Source: Caenimonas sp.
Lineage (GTDB): Bacteria; Pseudomonadota; Gammaproteobacteria; Burkholderiales; Burkholderiaceae_C
Reading direction: 5' to 3'
NCBI GenBank assembly: GCA_040376925.1
Contig: JBEIPU010000003.1
Coordinates: forward strand, 1,798-65,797
Length of the DNA: 64,000 nt
The notes below the pieces were generated by a model. That model worked only from the letters and a program-made list of their open reading frames with translations. It ran no database searches and was not told the DNA's origin. Below are positions 60,914 through 64,000 of this stretch, one piece after another. The position numbers and the translations under genes are program-made. Numbering within the stretch: position 1 is the first letter of the stretch; each line of letters starts with the position of its first letter.

Positions 60914-61504
60914 ATGACCTCCCGACACCCCACCTCCCGCGGCGCCCACACGGTGCGCATCATCGGCGGCCAATGGAAGCGTACGCCGCTGCCCGTGGCC
61001 GACAAGCCCGGCCTGCGTCCCACACCTGACCGCGTGCGCGAGACGCTGTTCAACTGGCTGGGCCAGGACCTGACGGGCTGGCGCTGCGTGGACGCATTTG
61101 CCGGTACCGGCGCTCTAGGCTTTGAAGCCGCTTCGCGCGGCGCCGCGCAGGTGCTGCTGCTGGAGCAGGACGCGGCACTGGTGGCCCAGTTGCGGGCGGT
61201 GCAGCTGCGCATCGGGGCGCATGCGGTGACGGTGCAGCGCGGCGACGGTGTGGCGGGCCTGAAAGCGCTGGCGCCTGGTTCGGTGGACCTGGTGTTTCTG
61301 GACCCGCCGTTTGGTGCGGGCCTGTATGACGCGGCGCTGGCTGCGTGCGCGGACGCGCTGGCCCCCGGCGCCCAGGTGTACCTGGAGGCGCCCGAAGCCT
61401 GGAGCGATGACCGCCTGGCGCCGCTGGGCCTGCAGGTGCACCGGCACCTGAAGGCCGGCGCGGTGCATGCCCATGTGCTGCAGCGGCTGGCCGAGCCGTC
61501 ATAA
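60914..61504 (+). CDS. rsmD: 16S rRNA (guanine966-N2)-methyltransferase RsmD
   Basis: [49 protein letters not shown]. Confidence 0.85.
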   Translation: MTSRHPTSRGAHTVRIIGGQWKRTPLPVADKPGLRPTPDRVRETLFNWLGQDLTGWRCVDAFAGTGALGFEAASRGAAQVLLLEQDAALVAQLRAVQLRIGAHAVTVQRGDGVAGLKALAPGSVDLVFLDPPFGAGLYDAALAACADALAPGAQVYLEAPEAWSDDRLAPLGLQVHRHLKAGAVHAHVLQRLAEPS

Positions 61505-61553
61505 TGCGCTGCAACATAAGAATCGTTGGACCGGCGCACAAGAGGAGAACTTG

Positions 61554-62054
61554 ATGGCCCATAACGTGATTGCCGTGTACCCCGGCACCTTCGACCCCAT
61601 GACCCTGGGCCATGAGGACGTGGTCCGCCGTGCCACCCAGCTGTTTGACCGCGTGATCGTGGCCGTGGCCGCCGGCCACCACAAGAAGGCCATGTTCACC
61701 CTGCAAGAGCGCATCGAGATGGCCCGCGAGGTGGTGCGCCAGTACCCGCAGGTGGAAGTCGAGAGCTTTTCCGGCCTGCTGCGCGACTTTGTCGTGGCGC
61801 GCGGCGGCAAGGCCATGGTGCGCGGCCTGCGCGCCGTGACCGACTTTGACTATGAATTCCAGCTGGCCGGCATGAACCGCAGCCTGATGCCCGACGTGGA
61901 AACGGTGTTCCTCACGCCCAGCGACAAATACCAGTTCATCAGCAGCACCTTTGTGCGCGAGATCGCCGTGCTGGGTGGCGAGGTGGACAAGTTCGTCTCG
62001 CCCTCGGTCCAGCAGCGCCTGGCTGAAAAGGTACGCAGCCTGGGCCGCGAATAG
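61554..62054 (+). CDS. coaD: phosphopantetheine adenylyltransferase
   Basis: [26 protein letters not shown] and ISSTFVREI motifs. Confidence 0.9.
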   Translation: MAHNVIAVYPGTFDPMTLGHEDVVRRATQLFDRVIVAVAAGHHKKAMFTLQERIEMAREVVRQYPQVEVESFSGLLRDFVVARGGKAMVRGLRAVTDFDYEFQLAGMNRSLMPDVETVFLTPSDKYQFISSTFVREIAVLGGEVDKFVSPSVQQRLAEKVRSLGRE

Positions 62055-62064
62055 GCGGGCCCGC

Positions 62065-62775
62065 TCAGAGCGAACGCAGCCACGCCTGCAGCGTGGCGTT
62101 CACCGTGTCGGGCTTTTCCATCGTCAGCATGTGGCCGCAGCGCGGCACCATGACCAGCTGCGCCTGCGGTACCAATGCGGCGATTTCATGCGAGCACGCG
62201 GGCGGCGTGAGCTGGTCGGCGTCACCACACATCACGAGCGTGGGGCAGCGCAGCTGCGGCAGGTGGATGCGCGCATCGGGCCGGGCCATGATGGCGCGGT
62301 TCTGGCGGATGAGCTGGTCCGCGCCCGCGCGCAATACGAACTCAAGGTAGGTACTGGTCAGGGCCTGGTTTTGCGCCTGGTCGGGGTGAAAGGCCAGCGC
62401 CACGTTGGGCTCGATCACCTCGCGCACCTGGCCTTTGGCAAACAGTTCGATCGCGCCTTCGCGCAAAGCGCGCATGTCTTGCGTCTCGGGCCGGGCATTG
62501 GTGCCCAGCAGGGCCAGCGCGCGGATGCGCTGTGGCGCCTGGCGGGCGGCTTCCATCGCGACGATGCCGCCCATGGAGGCGCCGCACAGCACCAGCTCAC
62601 CGGCATGCTGCGCCAGCAGCGCGGCGGCCATGGCTTCAATGGTGTCGTGGTGGCTGTTCACATCGGCCACGCGGGGCTGCCAGGGGTCTGCCAGCGCGTC
62701 GATCTGGGCGCGCCACATCACGGCGTCGGCAGCCAGGCCGGGCAGCAGCACCAATGTGGGCCGGGTCGGGCTCAT
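62065..62775 (-). CDS. alpha/beta-fold hydrolase
   Basis: LVLLPGLAAD, nucleophile elbow GASMGG, C-terminal CGHM. Confidence 0.8.
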   Translation of the reverse strand: MSPTRPTLVLLPGLAADAVMWRAQIDALADPWQPRVADVNSHHDTIEAMAAALLAQHAGELVLCGASMGGIVAMEAARQAPQRIRALALLGTNARPETQDMRALREGAIELFAKGQVREVIEPNVALAFHPDQAQNQALTSTYLEFVLRAGADQLIRQNRAIMARPDARIHLPQLRCPTLVMCGDADQLTPPACSHEIAALVPQAQLVMVPRCGHMLTMEKPDTVNATLQAWLRSL

Positions 62776-64000
62776 GGGGTGATCTCCTTCAGGCCCAGCG
62801 CGGCATACACCTGTGCGGCCTGACGCTTCAGGCGCCGGGACTCGGGTTGGCTGTTCACGGCCTGTTGCAGCAGGTGCTGCGCACCGCCCAGCTGGCCGCT
62901 GCGAACGAGGGCGTCCAGGTGCACCTGCGCAAACAGGTCGCGTTGCGCATGGCTGCCGCCGATTTCCACCAGGCGTGGCAGGGCGCTGCCCAGCTCATGG
63001 GCTGCGCGGGGCCAGTCGCCACGCGCATGGGCGATCAGCCCGCGGCTGGCGGGCAGGCCCACGCGCTGCCAGGCGTCGCGGTCGGCAGGCGGTACGGTGG
63101 CCGCATGGGCTTCGATGTTGCGCATCAGCATGTCGGCTTCGGGCCGGCCGGCACGTGCCAGGCCGTAGAGGTACTGCATGTCCAGGAAAGGCAGCACATG
63201 GTCGGCCGTACGCACGGCCAGGTAGCCGCCCAGGTCCTGCCAGCGGTGGCCCACATCGACACCGGCCAGCTCCAGCCGCGCCAGCAGCGACACCGCATTG
63301 ATCTGGTCCTGTGAATAGTCTTTCACCACGCCCCACACCTGCGTGTCGTACAGGCGCAGCACTTCGGTGTGGTCGTCCAGCTCGAGTGCAAACAGGGCCT
63401 GGTGCCACCAGTTGTGCGTGACCATGAAGGAGTTGAGGCCCGTCCAGGTGTCGCTGACGTCCGCCAGAAAGGCCTGACCTTCACGGATACGCCCCTGCGT
63501 GAGCAGCACATGGGCCAGCGCATGGTGGGCCCAGGGCTCCTTGCGGCGCAGCTGGATGGCGCGGCGCGCCGCGGCCTCGGCCTGCGTCAGCAGGTGGCAC
63601 TGCTCCCAGCCGAAGGCCAGCATGCCGTGCAGGTAGGGCACGTCGCCCGCGGCCGGCAGCGCCGCCAGCGCCAGGCGCAGCATGCCCGGCGAGTCGCCAC
63701 GGTTGAACAGGTGGTACTGGCCCAGCTTGAGCGAGGCCAGGTCGCGCGGGTGCTCGCGCGCCTGTTCTTCGTGCAGCGCAATCGCGCGGGCCATGTCGGC
63801 GTCAACCCAGGCTTTGACGGCCTGCACGAAACGTTGCTCGCGTGGCGTGGCCGTGACCGCTGAGGCCAGCGCACGGGCAATGTACGGGCGCGCGTTGGCC
63901 GGTGCATCGCGCGACTCGGCAAACATGTGCAGCGCGGCGCAGTAGGCCTGCACGATGGGGCTGGCGTCGGTATCGGCAATGGCCAGCGGTGCGATGGCGC
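62772..64000 (-). CDS. TPR-repeat protein (TTC38-like), 5' end probably outside window
   Basis: The frame stays open from 63953 to base 64000. TPR-like helical repeats. Stop overlaps the hydrolase ATG (ATGA). Confidence 0.65.
   Translation of the reverse strand, partial: AIAPLAIADTDASPIVQAYCAALHMFAESRDAPANARPYIARALASAVTATPREQRFVQAVKAWVDADMARAIALHEEQAREHPRDLASLKLGQYHLFNRGDSPGMLRLALAALPAAGDVPYLHGMLAFGWEQCHLLTQAEAAARRAIQLRRKEPWAHHALAHVLLTQGRIREGQAFLADVSDTWTGLNSFMVTHNWWHQALFALELDDHTEVLRLYDTQVWGVVKDYSQDQINAVSLLARLELAGVDVGHRWQDLGGYLAVRTADHVLPFLDMQYLYGLARAGRPEADMLMRNIEAHAATVPPADRDAWQRVGLPASRGLIAHARGDWPRAAHELGSALPRLVEIGGSHAQRDLFAQVHLDALVRSGQLGGAQHLLQQAVNSQPESRRLKRQAAQVYAALGLKEITP

Noticed and set aside
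1-64000. CRISPR arrays, IS elements, integrases, prophage genes, rRNA/tRNA genes.
   Set aside because: I saw no regularly spaced direct repeats, no transposase/integrase/recombinase-like ORFs and no tRNA/rRNA-like sequences on either strand. This was a visual scan only; a tRNAscan/Infernal run would be decisive.

Overview
Very GC-rich chromosomal segment with Comamonadaceae-like betaproteobacterial gene content (organism call is inference). I support about 70 protein genes. I found no rRNA, tRNA, CRISPR array, transposase or integrase. Many long ORFs in the six-frame track are antisense artefacts of the GC bias, and several true starts lie downstream of the track start. Layout: (1) 1-5.3 kb, aa3 cytochrome-oxidase assembly cluster (ctaE, SURF1, ctaA, ctaB, SCO). 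(2) 5.3-9.3 kb, a Bug/TctC binding protein, a 7TMR-DISM sensor with a degenerate GGDEF domain, and rpoH. (3) 9.3-20.6 kb, a selenium neighbourhood: a selenoneine-type locus (senB, a reductase-fused selD/senC, divergent egtB-like senA, convergent egtD) with a patatin lipoprotein and a TVP38/DedA-type protein appended, then a PhnCDE-like putative selenate ABC importer ending in a YHS lipoprotein. (4) 20.7-27.5 kb, the best candidate for an undescribed system: six genes with no intergenic DNA, encoding a tandem-DEP protein, a TVP38::disulfide-reductase fusion, DUF547, DUF3047, an ATP-grasp ligase and a second YHS lipoprotein. (5) 27.5-34.8 kb, a lower-GC nucleotidyltransferase islet, an OmpR/HK pair, an orphan ECF sigma factor, and a trio of kinase, fused TIGR04283/TIGR04282-like transferases and nucleoside hydrolase that resembles arsenosugar-type chemistry. 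(6) 35-64 kb is mostly housekeeping (trhO, rluA-like, ftsY, two M16 peptidases, rsmD, coaD). It also holds a BigR/SqrR-type sulfide locus (ArsR, split YeeE/YedE, SulP, divergent persulfide dioxygenase), a YnjBCD-like ABC transporter, several clean operator palindromes and one structured 408-bp spacer with an internal terminator. All family assignments come from motifs read by eye; no searches were run.
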